Assembly: GCA_008632985.1 (NCBI GenBank)
Contig: QPGO01000001.1
Span: forward strand, 714,404-778,403
DNA: 64,000 bases
Direction: 5' to 3'
From: Psammoneis japonica
Lineage: Eukaryota
Every line of letters begins with the position of its first letter. Position 1 is the first letter of the stretch. Shown here piece by piece: positions 25,381 to 37,231 of this stretch. The notes beneath the pieces were generated by a model. It did no database searches and was not told where the DNA came from. It saw only the letters and a list, made by a program, of their open reading frames with translations. Made by a program: the position numbers and the translations under genes.

Positions 25381-27393
25381 TTGAACCTTTCTAACAACAA
25401 CAAAAAGATTCCTTACAAGTTCAGCGACGACGACGACATGTGCGACAGAGGTGGTGCTAGTCGTGGTAACTTGATGAATGATCGAGACGAAGAAATAAAA
25501 CAAGAGATTGAAGAATTACGCGAATCTACACCTGCACTATCGACGAGGAAGCTGCGTGCAGCACGGAGAAGAGTTTGACTCACCACCATTTTGCTCATCA
25601 CCTTCAACATCAGCAACAACAAGAGGAAGCATTGGAGATGGTTCCAAAAGCTTCTGCAGTCGCTGGAGCTTTTGTCGTCGGTCAAGGAGGACAGGAAGAT
25701 CAACGAGGACGGGATGCTGACAACAGTGCCCTCATGACGGCACCTGAAACGGTACCACCAATACCTCAACAACAGCAGCCTGCCACTGCTGATGGCCCTC
25801 CTGTGCTTGCTGAAGCGCATTTGGACGAACCAAGAGAAGGCATGGAGGATTTTCAGGCACATGTGACTCAAATGCAGCAACAAATCGTGCATCTTCCACA
25901 ATCGGTTCCCACAACACAACAACTAGAGGTCGGTCAGTCTGTGTTAACGGTTTTCAATGGGGAGGAGCACAATGCAGAGTCTGCAGGCGACAACGACGAC
26001 AGCAACGAAGAGATCGGCAGCAAGCGTGGTCGTTGCAAACTTTTGGTTGTTTTGGGGGCTGGAGTGTTGATTGTTGCTGCGATCGTTGGAGCTGTTGTTG
26101 GAGTGACATCAGGAGGCAGTGGAGGAGGAAGTGGCACTCAATCTGCTACAGTGGCTCCCGCTACTCCAGCTCCTTCTCCAATCATTGTGCCTCTAAACGG
26201 ACCATGGAATCCCGTTGGTCAAGTCTTGCACGGCAAAGCGGAAGGTGATAATTTTGGCAGTTCGGTGTCCTTGTCTCGTGATGGCAGTGTCATGGCTGTT
26301 GGAGCAGGTCAATTTCCTCGCAATCCCGGCTATGTTGTTGTGCAGCGATACGATCCAAATACCCAACAATGGAAACAAATCGGCCAAGAATTGGTTGGGC
26401 AAGCCGCCGGTGACAATTTTGGAGGGTCTGTTTCGTTAAATGGCGGCGGCACAGTTCTTGCTGTTGGAGCTGTTCATAATGACAGTGGGGGGGGGGGGGG
26501 GAGATGCTGGTCACGTTCGGGTGTTTGCGTATGACTCTGTATCGGATCGTTGGGTTCAACTCGGTAGTGACATTCTTGGAAACAGATTTGATCAATTCGG
26601 TATTTCTGTGTCGCTCTCGGACGCGGGAGACATTCTTGCAGCAGGCGAACACGGTGACTTTGCTAATTCGGTTCGATTGTTCCAATACAACCATGACACT
26701 TCATCCTGGAAGCAACTCGGTCAGACTCTGACTGGTGAAGCTGCATATGATGGTTTTGGCTATTCCGTTTCCTTGAGTCAATTGGGAACCATTGTTGGCA
26801 TTGGAGCATACAGCAGTTCTCACTCGGGATATTCGGGTGGAAACTATGATGGCCAAGTGTCGGTGTATGAATACAGTTCTGCATTGTCAACATGGGAGCT
26901 GCTGGGTTTTCCAATCAATGGGCAAATTGTTGGTGGTCACTTTGGATGGTCTGTTTCTCTTGATGACAGTGGTTTGATCTTGGCCGTGGGTGCTTATCAA
27001 AGCGAGAGAGCTTTGGTTTATGCATACGATCGTTCTACGTTGAAATGGAATCAACGTGGCCAAACTCTACTCACGCAACAGCTCCATGATGATTTTGGTT
27101 GGTCAGTGTCGTTGAGCGGCAATGGAAACGTCTTGGCTGTTGGAAGTCCTCGTTTGCATGCCGTTAATGGATTGAACAATGCCGGTCAAGTTCTAATCTT
27201 TCAATATGACACCACCACGTCCAAATGGAATCAAGTCGGAGATTCTTTAAACGGTGAGGCTCAAGATGACAAATTCGGAGATTCCGTGTCCTTGTCATCG
27301 GATGGAAGCGTTGTTGGAGTTGGTGCTAGGCAGACCGACGACAATGGCGAGGATTCAGGATCCGCATATGCATTCGCGGTAAAAAACAATTAG
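25381..27393 (+). pseudogene. FG-GAP-like beta-propeller membrane protein, copy 2 (normal composition; frameshifted as assembled)
   Basis: Same architecture as copy 1 with Tyr codons intact; stop TAG at 27391. Frameshift in a G15 run (26487-26501) and a further apparent frameshift near 25535. Could be intact from the ATG at ~25638 if the G run is a sequencing error. Confidence 0.8.
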
Positions 27394-27789
27394 ATCTGCA
27401 GTTCTATATTTCATCCTTTTGCATCAATCATACTGCATTTCAAGCCACTCACAGCGACAAAATGGGACGATTGCAGATGTATTCGTTATCTCCAGAGGTG
27501 TCATGGTTAGGAGCAGTTGTAGATGCTGACGTCTTTTTGGTATTATTGGATGAGGAAGCTTGGTCCATATAAGCTCGACTCGCCATTCATTTCAGGGAAG
27601 AGCCATTGTCTGGAAGCCACTGGAGGACTAGCCTTCTGTGCAAGGCGGCTGCATCAACGGCGCGTCAGCTTGACATTGCCTTCCTCGATCGATTGCGTTC
27701 TCCTCTGGGAATGAATTTTTGTGGCTGTCGTATGTCCTTAGCATGACGTGAATGGAATAACCACCACGAGTAAAATTCAAACCATTCAA

Positions 27790-27920
27790 TGTACCCCATC
27801 GACCAAATGGAATCAAGTTTCCGTGTGAGCTGATGGGACTTACGTTGGCTTTTATTCTTGATCCATGTATTACTTCATGGTAAACAACAATTATAAATGT
27901 ATTTTGTATTTCATCCATTT
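27790..27920 (+). pseudogene. Deleted relic of another propeller gene 3' end and UTR
   Basis: aaatggaatcaagt...tccgtg...ggcttttattcttgatccatgtattacttcatggtaaacaacaattataaatgtattttgtatttcatcc matches the last codons and 3' UTR of copy 3. Confidence 0.65.
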
Positions 27921-28073
27921 CGTGTGTCGTTTGTGCCGATTTGTAACATGTATTCAAATATATCCCATTTGTTGCAGCAGCGGCAACGAGCACAAGGGTT
28001 GGGAGTAAATACAACTCCTAGAGTAGTGTCCAAAGAACTCACATTCACATTAGTTATACAGTATCAACACAGT

Positions 28074-29045
28074 TCACCACTTTCCATTTGGTTTCCAATC
28101 CTTATGAAGAAAGACTGTTTCAACCTGTCCAAAACGTTTGTACGTAACGGGCTCCAGACTAATGAGACGAAATCCAGCGTCTTCAAGTTTGGTGAAAATA
28201 GCGTCCATTGCCTTGGCATTGAGGGTCCCTTTTGCTTTTCCCGGGTGTAGCTCCATGAGTATCTGTCCTACCTTGATAGTGCTCCAGTCGACTGTTTTCA
28301 AAAAGTCCCATTCGTAGCCCTCGACATCCACCTTCAAATAATCGACGTATTGGTGTCCGAGTTCCTTCATGATTGTTGCAAGAGACTTTATTGGAAACTT
28401 GCCCGAGTTTGGATCGTCTTGGCCACCAAATCCGTAATCACCATGATATGCTTCATAAATTCCCTTGCCTTTGCCAGTCTCTCCAATGGTGGGATCAAAG
28501 GTGTGAATCTCACACCCCGGTCCAAGAGTCTGAACGCGCTTCTCGAAGGAAAAATCATTGTTGGATCCCATGGAATACACGATACACGGCTTGTCATAAT
28601 ATGCTTTTCCAACTCCATAATTCACTCTTGCTTTACCACGTTGCTGATGTACCTCTCGTAATCCACACAACCACTTGCCACCATCGTGCTTGATAGCCGC
28701 CGAGGGTTCCTTTTCAAAGTCCCACAAACAAGGCAAAGTGGGAACAAACATGTACCACATGGATTCATCCTTGAGTGCTCCGAATTGTTCATGCTCGGAA
28801 TGCTTTTTTGAGAGCCATGCACGGCGTTCGGCAATTTTCTTGTCGGCGTTTTCCAACAAGGTCGTAATGAGTCCCGAGTCGTCGTCAACGGTAGCGCTTC
28901 TCAAATTTGTGTCGTTTCTTTCATGATTACGGGGCGGCGCAAGCACATTGTATACCACAATCAAAGCAAGCAGAATCCAAAACGCATTCCGTCGAGCACC
29001 CTGTTGGAGCCTGTGGCTGTTTCTGTTTCGTGGCCTGAACGTCAT
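28074..29045 (-). CDS. Methyltransf_22 / METTL24-like SAM-dependent methyltransferase with N-terminal membrane anchor
   Basis: DGGKWLCG, PCIVYSMGSNNDFSFE, CEIHTFDP, LATIMKELGH.YVDYLKVDVEGYEW, GQILMELH; hydrophobic segment AFWILLALIVVYNVLA; intact 323 aa. Confidence 0.92.
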   Translation of the reverse strand: MTFRPRNRNSHRLQQGARRNAFWILLALIVVYNVLAPPRNHERNDTNLRSATVDDDSGLITTLLENADKKIAERRAWLSKKHSEHEQFGALKDESMWYMFVPTLPCLWDFEKEPSAAIKHDGGKWLCGLREVHQQRGKARVNYGVGKAYYDKPCIVYSMGSNNDFSFEKRVQTLGPGCEIHTFDPTIGETGKGKGIYEAYHGDYGFGGQDDPNSGKFPIKSLATIMKELGHQYVDYLKVDVEGYEWDFLKTVDWSTIKVGQILMELHPGKAKGTLNAKAMDAIFTKLEDAGFRLISLEPVTYKRFGQVETVFLHKDWKPNGKW

Positions 29046-31312
29046 GGTGCTTTTGATTCAGAGTTACTTGCAACGCATCAAACAACAATGCGTTGGACGT
29101 TGATGGCGCAAAATCCAAAATGGCGAAACCGTGAATCGCCAAATGAGTCCAAGGTTAAGTTATGGTCGATGGTCGCGCTTTTCAGTCACGCGGTGTACTA
29201 TTTCGTTGAAAAAGCAAGAAGTCCACCGAGCGAAAAACTCTCAACTCAATTGCAGACACAACGTTTTTTGTCAAAGAGCTCGAAATCCACTGCTTCTTAT
29301 TTCTGTCTATGGCACGCCAGAACTCACACTGATTCCATGTGGAATGGATGTCAAGTGGCACAATTGTTTGTGGCACAATCACGCAGAACTTGCACACCAC
29401 TCCAACCACACCTGAAAGCAAAAGTTTCGAGACGTGAGAGCACACGCAAGCTGAACATCACACAACACTCTGCCCCAACCTCTTGCCATTGCACACACTT
29501 TCTGTCAGCATTTGCCATGAGGATGAAGAGCTGCCATGATGGAAGACTCATCCCAGCAGACGAGATGCAAGACTGTGCTCTCTCTTGCTGTCTTTTCTTT
29601 CGCACCTTGCCAGAAACTGGTGCCGGCATGTTCCAGCTCCAGATGATGCACTGAGGCACATGATCCATCATTTGGCCATTCTTGCATTTGGCACAATGAA
29701 GTCTGCTTCAAAATTGATTTTCTCCCAAATCGAAGGGCAAGAAGTGTGCGCGAAACTTGCATTTTTTTGTGCGCACTTGTTGCCTTTCGATTTTCGAAAG
29801 GATCAGATTTGAAGGAGTTTCTTGTGCTGAATGCAATTTTTGGCTTTTTTCATTTTTGGAGCTCACATTTTTGGTCTGCTTCAACTCAACTGACATCTGA
29901 ACATTCCCTGTTTTTCTGCAGACACCAGACAGTCAGTTTCAATGAGCACGCCACAAAATGATGTCCCCTCAAATTCTCATCCGTCTCATCCACCATCCCT
30001 CTCAGTGTGCATTTTTCACTTGAGTCTCCAATGCATCATGGAAAAGAAGAGAAAGCAAACTGGAGTTAGCTGTTGATGCAAGAAGACAGGAACTGGCAAC
30101 AGCAAAAACAAAAAGTGTCATCGTGAGGGATTGGCTGTGGTGACAACATTCACAAGTGCTCTTGCAACAACAAGAAGAAGAACAACTCAAAGAGCAGCTT
30201 TCAGCCTGAGATGAAGTTCTGCTTTTTGTTGCTGAACAGCAACCCTTGCAATGCGACACATGAGGATGTCAAGAAGAAGCAAGATCATCCAGCTCACACA
30301 GAAAGAATGGACTGCAAGGCATGCATTTGGTGAGATCTCCAAAGACATGAAACACAAGGACTTGAGATCCAAGAGACCTGCCTCAGGCATGTCCACAACA
30401 GCTGCACCCTCAATCTTCAAAGCAACAGGCAGTCAAACCAAACTGGCAGCAAGAAAAACAGACAAAGAGCTGGAGCACCAGCACAAAAAGGAGCTGCACA
30501 AGTGTGATGAGGACAAAGTGAGGCAGGGCTCAAAGAAACAAGAGACCTCACTTGCCAAGATCTCAGACAATGCAGATCTCAGACAGTGCAGAGAGTCCAC
30601 CAGGGCAACCTCAGCTGGAGCTTTGCTTTTTTCCCACCTGATCTTTGTGTCTTTGGGTTTGGATGTGGTGAGCATGTCCCTTGCAACACACACAGAAACC
30701 TTCCTTGACCAACTTCAGAGGTGCACTTGTCAGCATGTTCTTGTCTGGTTGCAGCCACTCCAAACAAGCCTGTTCCACCAGCCACTTGGACACTGCATCC
30801 AACTGGTGTCATCATGGGTCATGCCAAAGTGCTGTTGGATTGAGACCTTGTGCACACCCACAAGTGAAGATGTTTTCCCCAAGTGCATTTCCACCAAGGC
30901 TGACGCAGGTGGTTAAACAGACAATTTGAAAAGGACACATTCATGCAAGACACCACTGATGTTGTGCATTGTTGAGGGTGGCATCTTCCAAGTCCTTGCT
31001 TTGCTTGGAACCGAATTTTTGTTTTAGTCAGGGGGAGCTCAGAAACATCTGCATGGCCACAGAGGCTCAAAAATTGGCATGGAGACACATGCAGGTGGAC
31101 ATGTCTTAGAGTGTTCTGACAGTTTGGTTTGCTCTGCCTGCAACTCAACTTCAAGTTCCATGGTTTCACATGCTTGAGCAGCACTGCCTTCTCTCATTGA
31201 AGCTTTGGCGCATGAATTTTTGCCAGTTCCTCCTTCAGCAGATTTTTGCTCAACATGATGGCCAATGTTTTTAAAAATGACTTGATGCCATTTTTAATTC
31301 TGCAGAGTGCAC

Positions 31313-31356
31313 AAGAGAGAGAGAGAGAAGAAAGAGAGAGAAAAAGAGAGAAAGAG

Positions 31357-31390
<34 letters not shown>

Positions 31391-31419
31391 CACGTGCCAC
31401 ACAACAACAACAACAACAA
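31313..31419. repeat. Compound microsatellite (GA)n/(GAAA)n/(CAA)n
   Basis: Directly visible. Confidence 0.95.
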
Positions 31420-33405
31420 CTTGCACAGGCATCACAGCATCGCATCAATTTTTTTCACACAAGCAGTGCTGCTGCTGTGCCTGTCTCAACTCATGCAAAA
31501 AAAAAACAATCGATGACACATTGCGCTGGCATGGTGTCAGTTTCTTGGCAGAAAATCCTCCAAAAACATGGTTGTTGTCATTGTTGCTGTTGACTCATGT
31601 CGTTGTTTTTGAATTTTTGTTGCTTTGTTGGATTGCAGTGTTTTGGGTCATGCATCGCATGTGCATTGTGCGTGCTGAGGCATGATTTTTTAGCATGCAC
31701 ACCTGAGGTGAACAAAGCACTCATGCCACCCAAGTGCTTTGCCCAAGTTTTGGGCATGGTTTGCAGACTCTGCCCCCCTCAAACACCAAAAGGTCACTCA
31801 TGATGGTGGTCACAACATTCATGGAGGACTCAACACTTCTGACGAGCACGAGGCTGATGGCAAACCAGTCCAAGAATTGCTCGCCAATGCATTTGGGCTT
31901 GATGTGGAGGCGGAGCAGCAATTTTGCAGTGAGTTGGAATGAAGCAAAAACAGTCATCTGATGGATGGTCCTCAGCACAAGCCGTGTGCCTCAACTGATG
32001 GCAAGATGCCAACGAGGCACCTGCACGAAGCTTTCTTGGAGTTCAACAAGCAGTTTGGAGAGGGAAACAAAAAGGAACACAAACAACGCCATTTAATGAC
32101 AAAGGCGTCAACTTGCCTTCTGTGCTTCTCATGGCTTCTGGTGCAAGCAAGGCCTGGTTGCCAGATGAGGGCATTGGAAATGTGTGGTTTGTGCTTTTTC
32201 CAGAGCTTTCTGCTGCTGGAGGGTCGCCGGTGCTGTTCCCAACATGCGTGCCTGGGCCAGAGCATGGGGCCGTCGATGGCATGTTTGCGGACACCTTTGG
32301 GGCATGGCGATGTCAATGTCCTGCATTGCAAACTTGTTTTTTGTCCGGGCAAAGCTCAGGTGGCTGTGGACATCATCAACTGGGCAAACGCCTGTTCCCA
32401 AGGAAACAGTTTAGAGACCGGCAAGGGCAAGATGTTGACAAAGGCAACAAGGGTCTTCCCTGCTCGCGTTTCCACTGGGAGGTGGAACACAAGAGTGGGG
32501 ACCCCATTGAGCTTTGTCAACGTGGAATGGCATGCATGAACTGCAATCACACATGCTTGTTTCTTGGGGCCAAAGCACATGCACCGGAGGAAAGTGGAGA
32601 ATTCAAATCGGCAAAATTGTGCTCTGGGGGAAGGTTGCACATGACAGCAACAAAGTGACAGTGGTCAAAGCTGTCAGTTTTGGAACCAAAGATCTCTCTG
32701 ATGATCACAAGAATGAGTTCTCTGTTCACCACCGTGATGGACTTGTCGGGGTTCAGCCTGATCAATGGCGCTGCCTGCCGGTGGAGGGGGATCCCCCCAA
32801 AAGGTCCCAGCAACAACTCCCACCGAGTGGATGCTCATGACTCCATTTCAAGGATTTCTGTGCAAGGTCACCACCAAGAAGCAAAACGATGGAACATGCC
32901 CACACCTTGCCAACGCACTGGAGGAGGGTGAGGTGGGGGATCTGATGGATCAACCTTCGAACAATGTTGTTGCAATTTGCAGGGACACTCTTTGCTGATG
33001 ATGATGATTGAAAGACAGGGTTGAATCATGTGCGGAGTGCATCCACTCCTGGTCTGTGTCTGTCAGCTAGACAACAATCATGGGACCAATGTCACTCTGG
33101 GTGACATCGTGTTCTTGGGAAGGATGACCCAGTTGCAAGGTTCCATGTGTGTCAGCAGTTTACATTGGGATCCATGTTGTTGAATCAGGAACTAAGAGGA
33201 AGAAGCACTTGACTGTCTCATGCTGGCTCCTGACTCCAGACTGCATGGAAAGCTTGGAATCATCCCTGGCAAACATCTTTGGTGCCTTGACAAACTCTGG
33301 AGCCTCTCCAATGTAGCCATCATCCACCTCCAATCTCTTTTTAGCTTCAAGGAACTGCCACACAGCATGTCAAAAGACAGCAAGATCATTGTACATGCCA
33401 CAAGG

Positions 33406-33681
33406 TGACAGGATTTGAACAGGATTTAGGTGCGCGCGAAATGTCGCGCGCTGTTTAGTTTGCCGCGCACAGTTTTGTGTGCTTTAGTTCTGCGCGTTCG
33501 CGCGCGATGTAGTTTGCTTTCGAGCCACAAGGCTCACAAGAACAATGACAGCAGCCCGATTGTGCCAACTTACACGTCTTTCGGCTCCTGCAACGGTCTC
33601 TGAGCGGAGACTCATCTGCTGTTTAGACAGCAGCAAGGAGTTGTTGTTTGAATTCTTGCCATTTGCCTTCAACCTCTGTCA
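33406..33681 (+). repeat. 5' LTR (276 bp)
   Basis: Direct repeat of 36541-36822; TG...CA termini. Confidence 0.95.
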
Positions 33682-34635
33682 GATTGACAGTCTTGCTCAT
33701 TGTCAACCCATTGAGCAACCGCCATCGTCGTCGTTGATTTACCGATGACGCCACTTCAATTCTGCGTGGACCTCCGTACATGTTCTACATGCATCGGCAA
33801 GTCTGTGCGCGTTCAATGCCAGGCATCGGCAGAAATTTAACGTCGCCGTCAAGTCTCCTTGCCGCTGTGTGTCTGGATTGATTGTGCCACCTTTGATCGC
33901 TGAAGACACACATTCAACGGTCACACCCAAGTCCATCCTTGATCCTCATCCATTGACACACCCATTCATCGGTTGACGGTCAAGAACCCCATGTGTTCAA
34001 GGATCTTCGTCGCTGAAGACACATGTGCACACATGTCTTCACGGCCAAGAACTTGCACCCACTCTTCGGACTGCGGTTTTGCCACCACTCTGCAAGCACA
34101 CCGAGTCCATTGCACCTGATCTGCCCCGGACTGCTGGTGCTCTGCAGTTCTGCTAGGTCCACGAGGACGACTGTGAGAGCAAGCAGCCGTGATTGCAGCC
34201 TGCGTTGGGGCGAGGGTGTTTTCCCGCGTTTGTTCGTTTGTCCACAGCGCCTGACGCCTGCGTCAACTGGCCAGCCTGATCGGGAAATCCAACCGACATA
34301 AAACAAGAACGGTTCGGGGGTCTTGTCCACCTCTGGTCAGCTTGCCTGCAGGGGTTTACAACCCGCCACTCCGCTCGCAAGCAACCCAAAGCGCCGCCAG
34401 CTGCGGGTTCGGACGTGCCGGCACAACTCTACGGACCGGATGGGAAGTTTAGCACTTGACAACGAACGGGATGGCACAGCCCGGCGACTTCTGATTTTAA
34501 GACAGTCCAAGATTTCAAGTCAAGTCTGGCTCAAGTCAAGTCTTTTTCAAGCCAAGTTCCAAGTCAAAACTCTGAGTCAAGATCGCGCTCTAGATTGGTT
34601 CCTGTCTTTTGGTTTCTACTGCACCATCCTCCGTC

Positions 34636-36474
34636 ATGGTTCTCATGCGACAGCAACAAACCGAAAGCTTCAAACACGTTCTAGGCACTGTGCTCAATCA
34701 AGATGATGACAGCCCTCTTCGTTCTGCCCTGTCCATCAATGGGATTGAATCGTGCGAGGAATTGTTCACGTTCTTACCCACCCAAATTGACGCCCTCACT
34801 TACAGAGATGGCGCCAATGTAGTGCCTTTGCCACAGACCCACAGAAACCTCCTAGCAGCTTTGATCAGCTTCTACTTTGTCAAAGTTTGCAACGGTGATG
34901 ATGTGACCAATGAACCCCAGTTGCTCACACCCGAGGAATTTCGCAACTACCGCCTTGGTCCGGACCACTTGACCTCTCTAGCCACTGGCGCAGCACCCTC
35001 CACACCTGTGCCGAGTCCCTTGCCATCCAAACCAGGTGAACCCAGTGCCATTTTGACACCAGCCTTGCACTGTGCCGCCACTCAGGTGTCCCCCAGAAGT
35101 GGTGTCAGTCGCGCCCCGCATGTCTTGACCAACCCGCCTGCAAGCAACCTCGGCCCAGTGCAGGATTGCAGCCCTTGCACAGGCCCGCACTTCAAGACCA
35201 GTTGGGACACTCCACCCATGGCTTCCAAAGCTGCAGTCTTTGCACCCCGCAAACCACGTGCTGCCAACCTCCACGTGTCGACCGCTGTCACCCTTCACAG
35301 TCTTCGTTTGGGAAGTGATGGAGATGACAACTTGCTTCTCGTATCTCCTGATGGGGAGCCTCCTTTTCCCGTCATTGAATCTGTTCACAACAGCTTAACC
35401 AGTTCATCAGATGGGGAGTTCAGGACATCCAAGCAGCTTCGTTGTCTTCGGATCCTCCAAGCATCGCACCATGAGACCAGGCCTCCTGACCGGATGCTCC
35501 AAGTCTCGCACCTCGAGACCAGGCCTCCTGATTGGATGCCTCAAGTCTCGTACCTCGAGACCAGGCCTCCTGATTGGATGCCCCAAGTCTCGCACCTCGA
35601 GACCAGGTCTCCTGATTGGATGTCCCAAGTCTCGCACCTCGAGACCAGGCCTCCTGATTGGATGCCTCAAGTCTCGTGCCTCGAGACTGGGCCTCCTGAT
35701 TGGATGCCCCAAGTGTCGTACATCGAGACTGGGCCTCCTGATCGGATGCCCCAAGTCTCGTGCCTTGAGACCAGGCCTCCCAACTGGACTCTCCACGTCT
35801 CATGCCTCAAGACCGGGCCCCCCAATTGGATCCTCCACGTCTCATGCCTCAAGACTCGGCCTCCGGATTGGATCCCTCAAGTCTTGCGCCACGAGACTCG
35901 GCCTCCTGATTGGATCCCCCAAGTCTCGCACCTCAAGACTTGGCCTCCTGATTGGATCCCCGAAGACTCGTGTCACAAGACTGGCAAGTCCTTTTGGATC
36001 CCAGAAGTCTTGCAGCACGGGACTGGTTGCCCCAACCAGACATCTGCGGCCTTGCACCACAAGATGTCTTGCTCCAATCTGATCCCCGAAGGCTTGCACC
36101 TTGAGACTCGTTTCTCCAATTGGATCAATCTATCAGGAGATGCAGCTGAGCTTGCAATCGGATTGGTGGAACACAAGACCACCGCTTGTGCCTTTGAACT
36201 CATGCTTGCTCTGTTCCCCGAGTCGTGCAAACGCCATGCCGCCTGCAATGTTGCCCCGCTGTTCAACATTGTCAACCAGACCAAGCTTTACTCCTTCCAT
36301 TGCAAGTGCGGATGTGGAATCCCACAAGATCCCAAGTGTGCCTTGAGCTTTGAAAAGTGCAACGGCATCTGCAATTGGGGAGACGCAGCTCATCTCAAGA
36401 TGACCCACTTGGAGAATGCAACGTTGCTCTTGGATCTTGATCCTTTCTTGTCTCCTCATGTTTTGGTGCTTTGA
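34636..36474 (+). CDS. Internally deleted Copia gag/pol remnant fused through a 14-aa repeat
   Basis: FKHVLGTVLNQDDDSPLRSALSINGI...IDALTY resembles diatom Copia gag starts. CKCGCGIPQDPKCALSFEKCNG..WGDAAHLKM resembles the YKYG.EIP....A...D..NG...W.DA...EM motif preceding RT. No integrase or RT core. Confidence 0.65.
   Translation: MVLMRQQQTESFKHVLGTVLNQDDDSPLRSALSINGIESCEELFTFLPTQIDALTYRDGANVVPLPQTHRNLLAALISFYFVKVCNGDDVTNEPQLLTPEEFRNYRLGPDHLTSLATGAAPSTPVPSPLPSKPGEPSAILTPALHCAATQVSPRSGVSRAPHVLTNPPASNLGPVQDCSPCTGPHFKTSWDTPPMASKAAVFAPRKPRAANLHVSTAVTLHSLRLGSDGDDNLLLVSPDGEPPFPVIESVHNSLTSSSDGEFRTSKQLRCLRILQASHHETRPPDRMLQVSHLETRPPDWMPQVSYLETRPPDWMPQVSHLETRSPDWMSQVSHLETRPPDWMPQVSCLETGPPDWMPQVSYIETGPPDRMPQVSCLETRPPNWTLHVSCLKTGPPNWILHVSCLKTRPPDWIPQVLRHETRPPDWIPQVSHLKTWPPDWIPEDSCHKTGKSFWIPEVLQHGTGCPNQTSAALHHKMSCSNLIPEGLHLETRFSNWINLSGDAAELAIGLVEHKTTACAFELMLALFPESCKRHAACNVAPLFNIVNQTKLYSFHCKCGCGIPQDPKCALSFEKCNGICNWGDAAHLKMTHLENATLLLDLDPFLSPHVLVL
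35473..36125 (+). repeat. 42-bp minisatellite, ~12 good plus ~3-4 degenerate units (ETRPPDWMPQVSxL)
   Basis: Unit GAGACCAGGCCTCCTGATTGGATGCCTCAAGTCTCG(TAC/CAC/TGC)CTC, head-to-tail with no spacers. Confidence 0.95.
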
Positions 36475-36540
36475 CTCCAAAGTTCTTTGGTCAATCCGAA
36501 GTCGAATCTGTTTCTGTGACTCCTCAAGCAAACTGGGGAG

Positions 36541-36822
36541 TGACAGGATTTGAACAGGATTCAGGTGCGCGCGAAATGTCGCGCGCTGTTTAGTTTGCCG
36601 CGCACAGTTTTGTGTGCTTTAGTTCTGCGCGTTCGCACGCGATGTAGTTTGCTTTCGAGCCACAAGGCTCACAAGAATAATGACAGTAGCCCGATCACAC
36701 CGACTTGCACGTCTTTCTCTTTCGGCTCCTGCAATGGTCTCTGAGCGGAGACTCATCTGCTGTTTAGACAGCAGCAAGGAGTTGTTGTTTGAATTCTTGC
36801 CATTTGCCTTCAATTTCTGTCA
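36541..36822 (+). repeat. 3' LTR (282 bp)
   Basis: Direct repeat of 33406-33681, followed by TSD CAAGG. Confidence 0.95.
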
Positions 36823-37231
36823 CAAGGGAAGGGGCCCTCAATCCATGTGATGTCTCCATGCTTGATAAAAACAACAACAAGACAGCAGAAGCCAATGACA
36901 AATGAGCCATGTGCAGGGGTTGTGAGTCCCAAAAACAGGGTTTGAGTTGAAGCTCGCGTGTGTGCAAAGGCGCCGCAATTTGAAATTGACCGGCACTGGG
37001 GTCCAACATTCCACATTGAGGTGCAACAAGAATGTCATGTTCTTGTTCATGCCTGGCAAGTGTTGCATGATTAAGATTGATTGGAGTCAGTCTGTAAAGC
37101 CACACCACTTTGTCTCCGGTTGTCCTTCGTGGGATTGTCCTCTTTCTTCCAAGGATGCTGACACCTGCCTTGATTGAGCAGCAACGTCTTTGTGACAAAG
37201 CCTTGGCACCAACAAAGTGCTTGCATGTGAC

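Larger units (their letters stand above)
33406..36822 (+). mobile_element. Complete non-autonomous Ty1/Copia-derived LTR retrotransposon
   Basis: Two LTRs TGACAG...CTGTCA (33406-33681 and 36541-36822), 5-bp TSD CAAGG, purine tract GGGGAG before the 3' LTR. Internal ORF has a gag-like N-terminus and a decayed pre-RT motif. Confidence 0.95.
33190..36900 (-). mobile_element. Decayed DDE (PIF/Harbinger-like) transposase split by the LTR element
   Basis: Removing the LTR element rejoins HGDITWIEGPFP|CGMYNDLAVF*HAVWQFLEAKKRLEVDDGYIGEAPEFVKAP...VRSQHETV. Confidence 0.7.

Noticed and set aside
28074..29045. Methyltransferase as the DNA-modifying enzyme behind the mutation pattern
   Set aside because: Motifs and N-terminal membrane anchor fit a secretory-pathway Methyltransf_22 protein; no DNA methyltransferase motifs seen.
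29320..33150. TpA-depleted blocks with fragmentary coding character (also 42880-47300, 54500-57400, 61930-62900)
   Set aside because: Probably decayed TEs or genes, but no motif could be recognised with confidence, so they are left unannotated.
35473..36125. CRISPR array
   Set aside because: Head-to-tail 42-bp units without unique spacers, in a coding frame inside an LTR element; no cas genes.
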